A stretch of DNA of 64,000 nt from an uncultured Desulfobacter sp. (GCA_963665095.1 OY762069.1:4640001-4704000), one strand, 5' to 3'. Positions 50,671 through 61,315 are shown, counted from the first letter of the stretch. A program made the numbers and translations. The notes: generated by a model from the sequence alone, not told the origin.

Positions 50671-53600
50671 TTAATTCTCTTGATGATAATGCTGCAATGG
50701 TTTCACCGTCAGATTTTTCTTTTTCATGGCCTGAATAGCCAGGCTGATGGCCCTTGCCCCGTCTGTGGTGGTGGCATAGGGTATTTTATATTTAATGGCC
50801 GCCCTGCGGATTTCATACCCGTCTCTCTGGGTCTGGCTGGAGGCACCGGTGTTTAGAATGAGTTGAATTTCGCCGTTTTTCACCGCATCTACCACATGGG
50901 GGCGGCCGGCAGAGACCTTTTTTACAAACTTAGATGGAATCCCGTGTTCTCCCAGGAACTGAACGGTTCCCCGGGTGGCCATGATGGTAAATCCCATGTC
51001 ATGGAATCTCTGGGCCACGGGCAGACCTGCTTTTTTATCCTTATCCTGAACCGAGATAAAAACGGTTCCCTCTTTGGGAAGCTTCTGGCCGGCACCAAAC
51101 TGGGACTTGGCCACAGCTGCACCTAAATCCTCGTCAATCCCCATGACCTCCCCTGTGGATTTCATTTCAGGACCCAAAACCGGATCCACCTTGGCAAACC
51201 GGTCAAAGGGCATCACCGCTTCCTTAACACAGTAATAGGAGGGAATTACCTCTTTGGTCACGCCCAGTTCCTTTAAGGTTTTACCCAGCATTACCTTGGT
51301 GGCAAGCTTGGCCAGCGGCACACCGATTGCCTTGGATACAAAGGGTATGGTTCTGGATGCCCGGGGATTAACCTCAATGATGTATACCGTGTCATTCATG
51401 ATGCCGAACTGGATGTTCATCAGGCCCTTGACATTAAGTTCCTTGGCAATGGCTTTGGCTGCATCCGCCATCTCTTTAATATGGTGTTCGTCAATGGAAT
51501 AGGGTGGCAGCACACAGGCAGAATCACCGGAATGGATGCCAGCCTCCTCAATATGCTCCATCATGCCGCCGATAATGGTGTCCTCACCGTCGGAAATGGC
51601 ATCCACATCCAGCTCAAAGGCTTCCTCCAGGAACTTGTCAATGAGTACCGGTTTGTCCGGAGAGGCCTGTACAGCCAGTTCAAAAAAGGATTCAAGATCT
51701 TTTTCATCATAAACAATTTTCATGGCCCGGCCGCCCAATACAAAGGAGGGGCGAACCATGACAGGATATCCAATATCCCTGGCAACAGTCACTGCTTCTT
51801 CATAGGAATGGGCAATACCGTTGTCGGGCTGGCGCAGGCCCAGTTTTTTAAGCATTTCAGCAAACAGATCCCGGTCCTCGGCCCGGTCAATGCTTTCAGG
51901 GCTGGTACCGATGATGGGAACCCCTGCCTTTTGAAGATCTGTGGCAAGGTTTAAAGGCGTCTGACCCCCGAACTGGACAATCACACCAAAGGGTTTTTCC
52001 TTTTCAACGATGTGCAGTACATCTTCCCGGGTCAGCGGTTCAAAATAGAGCTTGTCCGAGGTGTCATAGTCTGTGGAGACCGTTTCCGGGTTGGAGTTGA
52101 CCATGATGGATTCCACCCCCTCTTCCCTTAGGGCAAAGGAGGCATGGACACAGCAGTAGTCAAACTCAATGCCCTGGCCGATGCGGTTGGGACCGCCGCC
52201 CAGGATGATCACTTTTTTCCTGTCTGAGACCCTGGCTTCACACTCTGTTTCGTAAGTGGAGTAATAATAAGGGGTTTTGGCTCTGAATTCTGCCGCACAG
52301 GTGTCCACCAGTTTGTAAACAGGCACAATACCTAAGTCTTTTCGTTTCTGTTCAATCTGCTTGTCTGTATACCCTCCGGACAGATAGGCCAGCTGTTTGT
52401 CCGAGAACCCGTATTTTTTGGCCTTTTCAAACAGATCCCTTGGCAGGTTCATGCCGGCCAGCTTCAACTGTTTTTCCAGATCCACAATCTGTTTCATCTG
52501 GTACAGAAACCAGGGATCAATGTCTGTCAATTCATGGATCATGGTGATGGGCATACCGTGTTCAATGGCATACTTCAGGTAAAAAATGCGCTGGGAGTTA
52601 GGCGTGGACAGCTTGTATTCCAGGTCGTTTCCCGCCACAGAGCCTGGTTCCGGGTCTTTGCCATCCCCGCCAAAACCTGCCCGGCCGATCTCCAGGGAGC
52701 GCAAGCCCTTTTGCAAGGCCTCTTTAAAGGTTCTGCCGATGGACATGGTCTCCCCAACAGATTTCATGGCCGTGGTGAGAATATCGTCGGTCTCAGGGAA
52801 TTTTTCAAAGGTCCAGCGCGGAATTTTGATCACGCAGTAATCAATGGAGGGTTCAAAACAGGCCATGGTTTCGCCGGTGATATCGTTGGGGATCTCATCC
52901 AGGGTGTAGCCCACGGCCAGTTTGGCTGCAATTTTGGCAATGGGAAACCCTGTGGCTTTTGAGGCCAGGGCCGAAGATCTGGAGACCCTTGGGTTCATCT
53001 CCACCACTATAATATCCCCGTTATCCGGATTTACGGCAAACTGGACATTGGAACCGCCGGTGTCCACGCCGATCTCTCTCATGATGGCAATGGATGCATC
53101 CCGAAGATTCTGGTACTCTTTGTCGGACAGGGTCTGGGCCGGGGCCACGGTGATGGAGTCGCCCGTATGAACACCCATGGCGTCAATATTTTCAATGGAG
53201 CAGATGATCACCACGTTGTCGGCATGATCCCGCATCACCTCAAGCTCATACTCTTTCCAGCCAAGAACGGATTCTTCCAGCATCACCTGGGTGATCAGGG
53301 AGGCATCAAGACCTGCCTTGGCAAGGTTGTTCAGCTCTTCCATATTATAGGCCACACCGCCGCCGGTACCGCCCAAGGTAAAGCTTGGCCGCACAATAAT
53401 GGGAAATCCGATGCGCTGGGCCACCTCTTCCACTTCAATCATATTGGTGGCAAAACCGGATTTGGGAATCCGCAGGCCGATTTTGTTCATGGCATCCCGG
53501 AACAGTTCCCGGTCTTCGGCCTTGTTGATGGCATCAATGGAGGCCCCGATGAGCTCAATGTTGTACTTTTCAAAAATTCCTGTTTTGGCGGCATCAATGG

Positions 53601-53895
53601 TGGTGTTCAACGCGGTCTGGCCGCCAAGTGTGGGCAGCACTGCATCAGGCCGTTCAATTTCAATAACCTTGCACAGGGTTTCAGCACTCACCGGCTCAAT
53701 ATACACGCGGTCGGCTGTTTCAGGGTCTGTCATGATGGTGGCAGGGTTGGAGTTGATTAAAACAACTTCAAACCCCTCTTCCTTCAGGGCTTTACAGGCC
53801 TGGGTCCCGGAGTAGTCAAATTCGCAGGCCTGGCTGATGATGATGGGCCCTGCCCCGATAATAAGAATTTTATGGATGTCGTTACGCTTTGGCAT
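50671..53895 (-). CDS. carB: Carbamoyl-phosphate synthase large subunit
   Basis: [55 protein letters not shown]. Confidence 0.98.
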   Translation of the reverse strand: MPKRNDIHKILIIGAGPIIISQACEFDYSGTQACKALKEEGFEVVLINSNPATIMTDPETADRVYIEPVSAETLCKVIEIERPDAVLPTLGGQTALNTTIDAAKTGIFEKYNIELIGASIDAINKAEDRELFRDAMNKIGLRIPKSGFATNMIEVEEVAQRIGFPIIVRPSFTLGGTGGGVAYNMEELNNLAKAGLDASLITQVMLEESVLGWKEYELEVMRDHADNVVIICSIENIDAMGVHTGDSITVAPAQTLSDKEYQNLRDASIAIMREIGVDTGGSNVQFAVNPDNGDIIVVEMNPRVSRSSALASKATGFPIAKIAAKLAVGYTLDEIPNDITGETMACFEPSIDYCVIKIPRWTFEKFPETDDILTTAMKSVGETMSIGRTFKEALQKGLRSLEIGRAGFGGDGKDPEPGSVAGNDLEYKLSTPNSQRIFYLKYAIEHGMPITMIHELTDIDPWFLYQMKQIVDLEKQLKLAGMNLPRDLFEKAKKYGFSDKQLAYLSGGYTDKQIEQKRKDLGIVPVYKLVDTCAAEFRAKTPYYYSTYETECEARVSDRKKVIILGGGPNRIGQGIEFDYCCVHASFALREEGVESIMVNSNPETVSTDYDTSDKLYFEPLTREDVLHIVEKEKPFGVIVQFGGQTPLNLATDLQKAGVPIIGTSPESIDRAEDRDLFAEMLKKLGLRQPDNGIAHSYEEAVTVARDIGYPVMVRPSFVLGGRAMKIVYDEKDLESFFELAVQASPDKPVLIDKFLEEAFELDVDAISDGEDTIIGGMMEHIEEAGIHSGDSACVLPPYSIDEHHIKEMADAAKAIAKELNVKGLMNIQFGIMNDTVYIIEVNPRASRTIPFVSKAIGVPLAKLATKVMLGKTLKELGVTKEVIPSYYCVKEAVMPFDRFAKVDPVLGPEMKSTGEVMGIDEDLGAAVAKSQFGAGQKLPKEGTVFISVQDKDKKAGLPVAQRFHDMGFTIMATRGTVQFLGEHGIPSKFVKKVSAGRPHVVDAVKNGEIQLILNTGASSQTQRDGYEIRRAAIKYKIPYATTTDGARAISLAIQAMKKKNLTVKPLQHYHQEN

Positions 53896-55024
53896 TTTCC
53901 ATCACTTTTGCAAACTGGTTAAAAAGATAGGCCGCATCATGGGGACCCGGGGAGGCTTCAGGGTGGTACTGGACGGCAAAGGCCCGGATAGAGTCATTCT
54001 TCAATCCTTCCAGGGAGTCTTCATTCAGGTTGATGTGGGTCAGATGGCAGTTTTCTTTGCTCAAGGTGTTCAGATCCACGGCAAACCCATGGTTCTGGGA
54101 GGTAATTTCAACCTTTCCGGTATCTAAGTTTTTAACCGGCTGGTTCCCGCCCCGGTGGCCGAATTTAATTTTCATGGTCTTTCCGCCCATGGCCAGACCT
54201 AAAAGCTGCATGCCAAGGCAGATGCCGAAAATGGGAAATTGTCCGAGAAGCTTGCGGATGGTTTCCACGGCGTAACTTAAGGGCTCGGGATCACCAGGAC
54301 CGTTTGACAGAAATACCCCGTCCGGATTTAACTTTTTGATGACTTCGGCATCTGTGTTAGCCGGCACCACCAGCACCTCACAGCCGTTTTTTTCAAGATT
54401 GCGGATAATATTGTATTTAATGCCGAAATCAAGGGCCACCACAGAGTGTTTTTTACCTTTGTGTCGCCAGATAAACGGTTTTTCAAGGCTTTCTATATTC
54501 ACATAATCCGGCTGGTTATATTTCCAGAAATAGGGTTTTTTAGTGGAGACATAGCCCACCAAATCGGAACCTTCCATGGAAGGAAGCTGTCTGGCCCTTT
54601 GCACAAGCGAAGCAGGATCCAGATCCGAGGTGGAGATCATGGCCCGCATGGCGCCATTGTTGCGGATGTGCCGTGTCAACGCCCGGGTGTCCAGGTCTTC
54701 AATACCCAGGACGTGGGATTTTATCAGATAATCGGCAAGGGTGCCTTTGGACCGGAAATTACTCGGAAATTCCTGGTATTCTTTGACAATAAAGGCTGCC
54801 ACATGAACCCGGTCAGATTCAACATCTTCAGGGCAGACCCCGTAATTGCCGATGAGCGGATAGGTCATGGTGACCATCTGGCCGTAATAGGACGGGTCCG
54901 TCAGGATCTCCTGGTATCCGGTCATACTGGTGTTGAACACCACTTCCCCCTGGGCTTCGCCCGGCCCTGTAAAGCTTGTGCAGGGAAATGTCCTGCCGTC
55001 TTCCAGGGCTAGTAATGCTTTCAT
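53882..55024 (-). CDS. carA: Carbamoyl-phosphate synthase small subunit
   Basis: [45 protein letters not shown]. Confidence 0.98.
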   Translation of the reverse strand: MKALLALEDGRTFPCTSFTGPGEAQGEVVFNTSMTGYQEILTDPSYYGQMVTMTYPLIGNYGVCPEDVESDRVHVAAFIVKEYQEFPSNFRSKGTLADYLIKSHVLGIEDLDTRALTRHIRNNGAMRAMISTSDLDPASLVQRARQLPSMEGSDLVGYVSTKKPYFWKYNQPDYVNIESLEKPFIWRHKGKKHSVVALDFGIKYNIIRNLEKNGCEVLVVPANTDAEVIKKLNPDGVFLSNGPGDPEPLSYAVETIRKLLGQFPIFGICLGMQLLGLAMGGKTMKIKFGHRGGNQPVKNLDTGKVEITSQNHGFAVDLNTLSKENCHLTHINLNEDSLEGLKNDSIRAFAVQYHPEASPGPHDAAYLFNQFAKVMENAKA

Positions 55025-55309
55025 ATGGATTAATACCTGTCCCTTAAATTTTTATGGTAAAAAAGCGTTGTGCCAAATATTTGGAACCTGTTTAAATATC
55101 ATGAAAATGCCTGGATTATCAAGCCCGCATTACAGGGGAAACAGGGTCTTGGCACGCAAAGATTCTTAACAGTCTTTAAATTCCGCTTTGCTGAAGAAAA
55201 AGAAACAGGGTTGAAAAGCGCGCATCGTTCTTATATGTCTATATATTATTTCATAAAAGTCATGTAGTTCAACCCATAACCGTTCAATTTTCGATATGGA
55301 TTGTCATCA

Positions 55310-57712
55310 ATGAAATCAGCAGCAAAGGTTCTTGTTCAGATTTGTATAGTACTCCTGCTAGGAATCACGCCTGGATATGCCTCCCAGGATAAGGCCCGCG
55401 CCCTCAAGGTTATTTCCGAATTCAGTCATGCCGGGGGCCGCATCGGCACCTATCACGCCCTGCTTGTGGGGATCAATGACTACAAAGACCCGGAAATCCC
55501 TGATCTTGAGACCCCTGTGAGCGACGTCAATGAGATGGCATCCCTGCTGGAGAAAAAGTACGGGTTCCAGGTGAGCCGGCTCATCAACAGCAAGGCCTCA
55601 AAAGATGGTATTTATAATGCTTTAAGACACCTTGTGGGCACGGCAAAAAAAGAAGATTCCGTGCTGATTTATTATGCCGGGCACGGAGGGCACGACAAGC
55701 TTGTCGGCGGGGGATACTGGGTACCCTGGGATGCCAGGCATAGTAATACGGGATCCTATTTTGATAATGTACTGACCCAAAAACTGATTGCCGGCATGAA
55801 GGCCCGGCACGTACTTCTTATTTCCGACTCCTGTTATTCCGGCACCCTGTTCGGCAAGGCAAGGGCCCTTCCCCCGGACATCACGGACAAATACTACCTG
55901 TCGCTTTTCAACGAAAAAAGCCGGTGGGGCATGACCTCGGGCAATTTCACCCCGGTGGCGGACGGCGGTACCGACGGCCACAGCGTATTTGCCTACCAGC
56001 TGATCAAGGCGTTAAGGAAAAACAGCAGCCCCTACCTGTCTACCCAGCAATTGTACACAGGATTTGCCCATATTGTGGCCAACAACTCGGAACAGAGCCC
56101 CATGTGCCGCCCCATAAAAAACACCGGGGACCAGGGCGGTGAATTTATTTTTATCATGGCCGGGGGGCCTGGTCCTGACCCGGCTGCCCCGGCACCCCCG
56201 GCCGGACAGAAACAGGCCTGGCTGTCAGTGGAGGCCAACGTGGCCAATGCCGATGTCCTGGTGGACGGGCAGTCTGTGGGCAAAACACCCTTAAGGGATT
56301 ACGAGCTTGTCCCGGGTGATCACAGGATTACAGTGGTAAGCCGGGGCTACGACAATTATGAAAGAAACTATACCTTTCGTTCCAGCCGGTCCAGGGACGT
56401 CAACGTGGTGCTGGTCAAAGCCTTGCCGGTTAAAGGCAGTCTCGCTGTTGATACCGTGCCCGAGGATGCGGTCGTTAAAATCATGAACATCCGGGAAAAA
56501 TACCAGAGGGGAATAGAACTTGCTCCGGGCAAATACCATGTGCAGGTTCTTGCGCCTGGCTATGATACCCGAGACCTGTGGGCAGAAGTGGGCCGGGGCG
56601 AGGATAAAATCATCACCGTGCATCTGGAAAAGGCGGAAGAAAAACAGCCTGTTCCCCAAAAGCCCACAGCGTCATCCGGCAGTACCGCACCTGCCCAAAA
56701 GCCGGAAACGTCATCCGGCAGTGCCGCACCGTCTTCCGGGTCATTCAGCAGCCAGCTGGACGACCTTGCGGCCAGAAAAGCCAAATGGGAAGCCTGGCAG
56801 TCCCACATGGAAGCGGATTATAATAAACTCAAAGCCCTGGAAAACGACAACACCATCCCGGTAAAGCAGCGCAAACAGTTTTTTAAGGCCTTTTTGTCCA
56901 CCTATGGGGCGGATAATGTTTACAGCAGCCGGGATGAGGCCCTTCGCAAGGCCGCAACCTCGGCTATGGAACTGATGGACATATTGGGCAAGCCGTTTGT
57001 GGAGCCGGTAACCGGCATGGAATTCGTGTGGGTGCCGGGCGGCTGCTATCAGATGGGCGATACCTTCGGGGATGGGGAAGACAATGAAAAGCCGGTGCAT
57101 GAGGTGTGCATAGACGGCTTCTGGATGGGCAAATACGAGGTAACCCAGGCTCAGTACCGGACAGTGACGGGTCAGAACCCGTCCGAATTCAAAGGGGATC
57201 GAAATCCTGTGGAGCAGGTCAGCTGGGATGATGCTAAATCCTTTATATCCAAACTGAACCGTCAGACAGGTAAAACTTTTGCATTACCCACGGAAGCCCA
57301 GTGGGAATATGCCGCCAGAAGCGGAGGAAAGAAAGAGAAATATGCCGGGGGCGGCAATGTGGACCAGGTGGCCTGGTATAAAGGCAACAGTGGAGGGAAA
57401 ACCCATCAGGTCGGCACAAAAATTCCCAATGGCCTGGGCATATATGACATGAGCGGTAATGTCTATGAGTGGTGCGAAGATGTGTATGACCAAGGCGGAT
57501 ATAATAAACATTCAAAGAATAATCCTTTAATTACGTCCGGTTCATCCTACCGCGTGATCCGTGGTGGCAGTTGGGGCAATTACCCTAGGAACGTGCGGGC
57601 GGCCGGCCGGAGCAGGTATTCGGCTGATTTCCGCCTCAGCTTCATGGGGTTCCGCGGCAGCTACGTAGGGTTCCGCCTCTGCCTTGTCCCTGAGTCCGGC
57701 AGGAAACAGTAA
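55310..57712 (+). CDS. Exported caspase-like (peptidase C14) + PEGA + FGE-sulfatase/C-type-lectin-fold protein; probable DGR target
   Basis: Signal peptide; ALLVGINDY, YYAGHG, ISDSCYSG; PEGA-like LSVEANVANADVLVDG..VGKTP; YEVTQAQY, PVEQVSW, LPTEAQWEYAAR, YDMSGNVYEW, RGGSW...GFR. Confidence 0.9.
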   Translation: MKSAAKVLVQICIVLLLGITPGYASQDKARALKVISEFSHAGGRIGTYHALLVGINDYKDPEIPDLETPVSDVNEMASLLEKKYGFQVSRLINSKASKDGIYNALRHLVGTAKKEDSVLIYYAGHGGHDKLVGGGYWVPWDARHSNTGSYFDNVLTQKLIAGMKARHVLLISDSCYSGTLFGKARALPPDITDKYYLSLFNEKSRWGMTSGNFTPVADGGTDGHSVFAYQLIKALRKNSSPYLSTQQLYTGFAHIVANNSEQSPMCRPIKNTGDQGGEFIFIMAGGPGPDPAAPAPPAGQKQAWLSVEANVANADVLVDGQSVGKTPLRDYELVPGDHRITVVSRGYDNYERNYTFRSSRSRDVNVVLVKALPVKGSLAVDTVPEDAVVKIMNIREKYQRGIELAPGKYHVQVLAPGYDTRDLWAEVGRGEDKIITVHLEKAEEKQPVPQKPTASSGSTAPAQKPETSSGSAAPSSGSFSSQLDDLAARKAKWEAWQSHMEADYNKLKALENDNTIPVKQRKQFFKAFLSTYGADNVYSSRDEALRKAATSAMELMDILGKPFVEPVTGMEFVWVPGGCYQMGDTFGDGEDNEKPVHEVCIDGFWMGKYEVTQAQYRTVTGQNPSEFKGDRNPVEQVSWDDAKSFISKLNRQTGKTFALPTEAQWEYAARSGGKKEKYAGGGNVDQVAWYKGNSGGKTHQVGTKIPNGLGIYDMSGNVYEWCEDVYDQGGYNKHSKNNPLITSGSSYRVIRGGSWGNYPRNVRAAGRSRYSADFRLSFMGFRGSYVGFRLCLVPESGRKQ
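57545..57690 (+). other. Putative DGR variable region (VR)
   Basis: N-N-pyrimidine codons at the positions where DGR templates carry AAY (RGGSW-NNN...RNNNIGFR); internal 21-nt duplication. Confidence 0.7.
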
Positions 57713-57726
57713 CAGCCGCGAAGCGA

Positions 57727-57807
57727 CAGGGGCCTATGATCCGGCAGGGGCGCATGGCCACGAAGGCGGCAGCCGTGGCCATGCCGCCTGCCGGATCATA
57801 GGCCCTG
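57727..57807. repeat. Long GC-rich inverted repeat immediately after the VR gene
   Basis: GGGCCTATGATCCGGCAGG/CCTGCCGGATCATAGGCCC (19 bp) plus GCATGGCCACG/CGTGGCCATGC (11 bp), 11-nt loop, no T tail. Confidence 0.85.
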
Positions 57808-57816
57808 GGAGGGTGG

Positions 57817-57897
57817 TGGGGTCACATCTTGATCAGTGATTTAATAACTCTGTTTCATACTCAACCCCGACTAATCACTAATCAAGATGTGACCCCA
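57817..57897. repeat. REP/MITE-like inverted repeat (25-bp arms, one mismatch)
   Basis: TGGGGTCACATCTTGATCAGTGATT ... AATCACTAATCAAGATGTGACCCCA. Confidence 0.8.
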
Positions 57898-58079
57898 GAT
57901 TCCTCGAATGCCTTTTTTCCTTTGATCCTGTATATAGAAAAATCACGGTCAATAGTCGCGACTTCATTTATCCCCATTTTTTCAGCGAGCAGGATAAGGC
58001 ATGAATCTGCAAAATCCATTGGTAGATCTCGATACTTTTTAGTCAACCAATCGGAGGGCAAAATTACGTGTATCCATTG
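57898..58079 (-). pseudogene. C-terminal relic of a VapC/PIN toxin gene
   Basis: Minus frame LTKKYRDLPMDFADSCLILLAEKMGINEVATIDRDFSIYRIKGKKAF; upstream in-frame stop, N-terminal half missing. Confidence 0.75.
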
Positions 58080-58169
58080 GGTTCCCGATTCCTATCAATT
58101 CAAAATTTGATTTTGCCTGCCGGTTCAGGGTAATATTCCGGAGCAAAAAATAATTCGAAAGGCCAAGAC

Positions 58170-61067
58170 ATGACCCAAGACCCTTTAGACCTGTCAATTG
58201 ACCGCTCTTTTACTGACTTAAGCCAGTCACTCAGGCAGACGTTATCCTGTCGTGTTGAAGATTTTTTAAACGCCGCAGGTATAGAAGGCCTCAGCGGACT
58301 GCCGGTAAATTCTGAAGAATTTTTAAAGGTGATGCTGTTCAGCCCTTTTGTTGCCGAGCACATCACTGCCTCCCCGTCAATCGTTGACCGCCTTGGAAAC
58401 AGCGGTGATCTCGAAAAGAGGTACAATCCGGCCACCTTGAAGGATAAACTGGATCTCTTTGCAAAGGAAATCAGGGATATTGCCGGGGTAAAATCGTGTA
58501 TGCTTGAATTCAAAATTTATGAAGTCATACGCATTGCCTGGCGGGATCTCACCGGTGCGGCACCCTTGGCAGAAACCATGGCGGATCTGTCCAATCTGGC
58601 CTGTGCCTGCATAAGCTTTGGATTTCAACGGTTATACCCGGTTCTGACGGAAAAATGGGGAACGCCTTGTGACCATCTGGGAAACGCCCAGAATATTGTG
58701 GTGCTGGGCATGGGAAAACTCGGCGCAGGCGAGCTCAATTTTTCTTCGGACATTGACCTTATTTTTGTTTATCCAAAGGAAGGTCACACCACCGGCGACA
58801 GATCCATATCCAATGATGAGTTCTTCACAAAATTGTGCCGGGAATTTATCAAGCTGTTTTCAACGAGCAACGGGGCCCATTTTTACCGTGTGGATACCCG
58901 CCTGCGACCCTTTGGGGAGAGTGGGCCCCTGGTCATGGATGCGTCGGCCTTTGAGCACTATTACCAGTCCCAGGGCCGGGAGTGGGAGCGATATGCCATG
59001 ATCAAGGCGGCGCCGGTGGCAGGTGACCTGCCCGCCGGCCGGGATATTCTTGACTCCCTGCACCCCTTTGTTTTCCGCAGATATCTGGATTACGGGTCCT
59101 TTGATTCATTCAGGGATATGAAACAGCGTATTGCCCTTCAGGTGAAAAGCGCAAAGCTGAAAAATAATATTAAAATAGGTGCCGGCGGCATCCGGGAGAT
59201 TGAGTTTTTCGGCCAGCTGTTCCAGCTCATCCGGGGCGGGGTGGAACCGGCCCTGCGGGCCAGGCCCGTTCTGACAGTTCTGGATCTGCTGGTGGAAAAG
59301 GGGTGTATCGACGCAAAGGTATGCGAAGAACTTAAACAGGCATATTATTTCCTGCGCCGTGTGGAAAACCGCCTTCAGGAATACCAGGACCGCCAGACCC
59401 ATGACATCCCTGAAGATCCGGTGCAAAGGAAGATCCTTGCTCTGTCCATGGGATATACCAACGAACCGGCATTTTATGCTGAACTTTCCAGGGTTCAGGG
59501 CATTGTACATAAACATTTTTCAAGGCTTCTGGTGGCTCAGGATGAGGAGGAGACGGATAAAAGCGGCCAGGATCTGAAACAAATCTGGACCAGCATTACG
59601 GATCCCCAGTTTCATATTCAGGATATGTCCATTTCCGGGTTTAATGATCCGGACCAGGTGGTGCGCATCCTTAAGACACTTGCCACCCATCCGCACACAC
59701 GCCAGCTCTCCCAGGCCGGCCGCAATAAACTGGCCCGCCTGGTACCCCTTCTGATTAAAAAGGCAGGCCAGCACCCGGATGCCGATGCCGTCATCGCGCG
59801 TCTGTCTGATCTGGTGGCCACCATTGAGCGTCGCACCTGTTATCTTTCTTTACTCATTGAAAACAAAGGGGCGTTGGATACCCTGATTATTCTGGCCCGT
59901 AAAAGTCCCTGGATTATTACCTTTTTAAGTCAGCATCCTGTGCTTTTAGATGAACTTATGCACCCTGCAACACTCTATTCACCTCCCAAGCGGGAGATGC
60001 TTGAAAAGGAGATGGAGACAAGGATGGCCCGGGTATCTGGTGAAGACCTGGAATATCTGCTGGAAGAGCTTAACATCTTCCGTCAGATCAATACCCTTCG
60101 GGTGGCGGCGGCCGATGTATCAGGCAACTATCCGCTGATGAAGGTGAGCGATCATCTCACCTGGATCGCTGAAACAGTTATGGGCCAGATCCTCTCTTCA
60201 TCCTGGCAGATCGTGACCGAAAAATACGGCAGACCCCCGGGTATTGCCGAATCAGGCTTTAAGGGGTGCGGTTTTGCCGCCATCGCCTATGGCAAGGTCG
60301 GGGGCCTGGAGATGGGGTATAAGTCGGATCTCGACCTGGTGTTTCTTTTTGATGCAGAATCCGGGTACACCACCGGGACGGACCGGTCCATTGATACGGC
60401 CAGATTTTATTCCAACCTTGGCCAGCGCATCATCCATGCCCTGACCATGCATACCGCAGCCGGTACACTTTATGGTGCGGACATGCGGCTTCGACCCGGA
60501 GGGGAGTCCGGCACCATTGTGTCCCATATTGAATCCTATGAAGAGTATCTTAAAAACAATGCATGGACCTTTGAGCACCAGGCCCTGATCCGGGCCCGGC
60601 CTGTGGCCGGAGATCCCTTACTGTTCAGGCGGTTTGACACCATCCGTAAAAAAATTCTGACCCTTAAAAGGGATGCGCAGACCTTAAAAACCGAAGTGGG
60701 GGAAATGCGGGAGAAAATGCGGGCTCAGCGGTTAAAGTACGAACCCGGACTATTTAATCTGAAGCAGGGCCGGGGAGGCATTGTGGATATTGAATTTTTT
60801 GTTCAGTATATGGTGCTGCGCCATGCTGCCGACCATCCCGATGTTGTGGAATGGACGGATAATATCCGGCTGCTGGAGGCCTTAAGCGTGGACTCCCTGA
60901 TATCCGGCGAAGACAGCGGTGCACTTCAGAGCGCCTATGTGACCATGAGAAAGGCCATACACCGCCTGACCCTTCAGGAGCTTCCCGCCATTGTGACAGA
61001 AGACCAGTTTCGCGATGCAGCCGCCGATGTGGCCCGGATTTACGATGGGGCATTGGGTTCTGATTAA
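58170..61067 (+). CDS. glnE: Bifunctional glutamine synthetase adenylyltransferase / adenylyl-removing enzyme
   Basis: GMGKLGAGELNFSSDIDL, RVDTRLRPFG, GREWERYAMIK, YGKVGGLEMGYKSDLDL, KQGRGGIVDIEF. Confidence 0.96.
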   Translation: MTQDPLDLSIDRSFTDLSQSLRQTLSCRVEDFLNAAGIEGLSGLPVNSEEFLKVMLFSPFVAEHITASPSIVDRLGNSGDLEKRYNPATLKDKLDLFAKEIRDIAGVKSCMLEFKIYEVIRIAWRDLTGAAPLAETMADLSNLACACISFGFQRLYPVLTEKWGTPCDHLGNAQNIVVLGMGKLGAGELNFSSDIDLIFVYPKEGHTTGDRSISNDEFFTKLCREFIKLFSTSNGAHFYRVDTRLRPFGESGPLVMDASAFEHYYQSQGREWERYAMIKAAPVAGDLPAGRDILDSLHPFVFRRYLDYGSFDSFRDMKQRIALQVKSAKLKNNIKIGAGGIREIEFFGQLFQLIRGGVEPALRARPVLTVLDLLVEKGCIDAKVCEELKQAYYFLRRVENRLQEYQDRQTHDIPEDPVQRKILALSMGYTNEPAFYAELSRVQGIVHKHFSRLLVAQDEEETDKSGQDLKQIWTSITDPQFHIQDMSISGFNDPDQVVRILKTLATHPHTRQLSQAGRNKLARLVPLLIKKAGQHPDADAVIARLSDLVATIERRTCYLSLLIENKGALDTLIILARKSPWIITFLSQHPVLLDELMHPATLYSPPKREMLEKEMETRMARVSGEDLEYLLEELNIFRQINTLRVAAADVSGNYPLMKVSDHLTWIAETVMGQILSSSWQIVTEKYGRPPGIAESGFKGCGFAAIAYGKVGGLEMGYKSDLDLVFLFDAESGYTTGTDRSIDTARFYSNLGQRIIHALTMHTAAGTLYGADMRLRPGGESGTIVSHIESYEEYLKNNAWTFEHQALIRARPVAGDPLLFRRFDTIRKKILTLKRDAQTLKTEVGEMREKMRAQRLKYEPGLFNLKQGRGGIVDIEFFVQYMVLRHAADHPDVVEWTDNIRLLEALSVDSLISGEDSGALQSAYVTMRKAIHRLTLQELPAIVTEDQFRDAAADVARIYDGALGSD

Positions 61068-61094
61068 CTCGGTTCTGGTCAGGCAGCCGGGTAA

Positions 61095-61291
61095 TGTGCC
61101 GGAAGAAACACCACGTGTTTGGTGTTTGAACGAAAACCCAGTGTTTGGGTGTTTGAACGCAAAGTTGCCCAGATGCAAGGCGCAAGCAAAGCTGCAACCT
61201 CAAGCGTACTTCAGTACGTGAGACCCGATTATATGTTTTGGCAGCTTTGTGCAGCAACGCCGCAGGTGGGTGACTTTTCGTTCAAACACTA
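61095..61291 (-). mobile_element. Family A MITE-like element, inverted, with a duplicated terminal unit
   Basis: Reverse complement matches 36953-37121; GTGTTTG(G)GTGTTTGAACG occurs twice (61115 and 61141). Confidence 0.8.
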
Positions 61292-61315
61292 TTTACGCTT
61301 AACCGGGGAGGAGAG

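Noticed and set aside
55055..55170. TGGCAC motifs as sigma-54 promoters
   Set aside because: No TTGC at the required -12 spacing on either strand.
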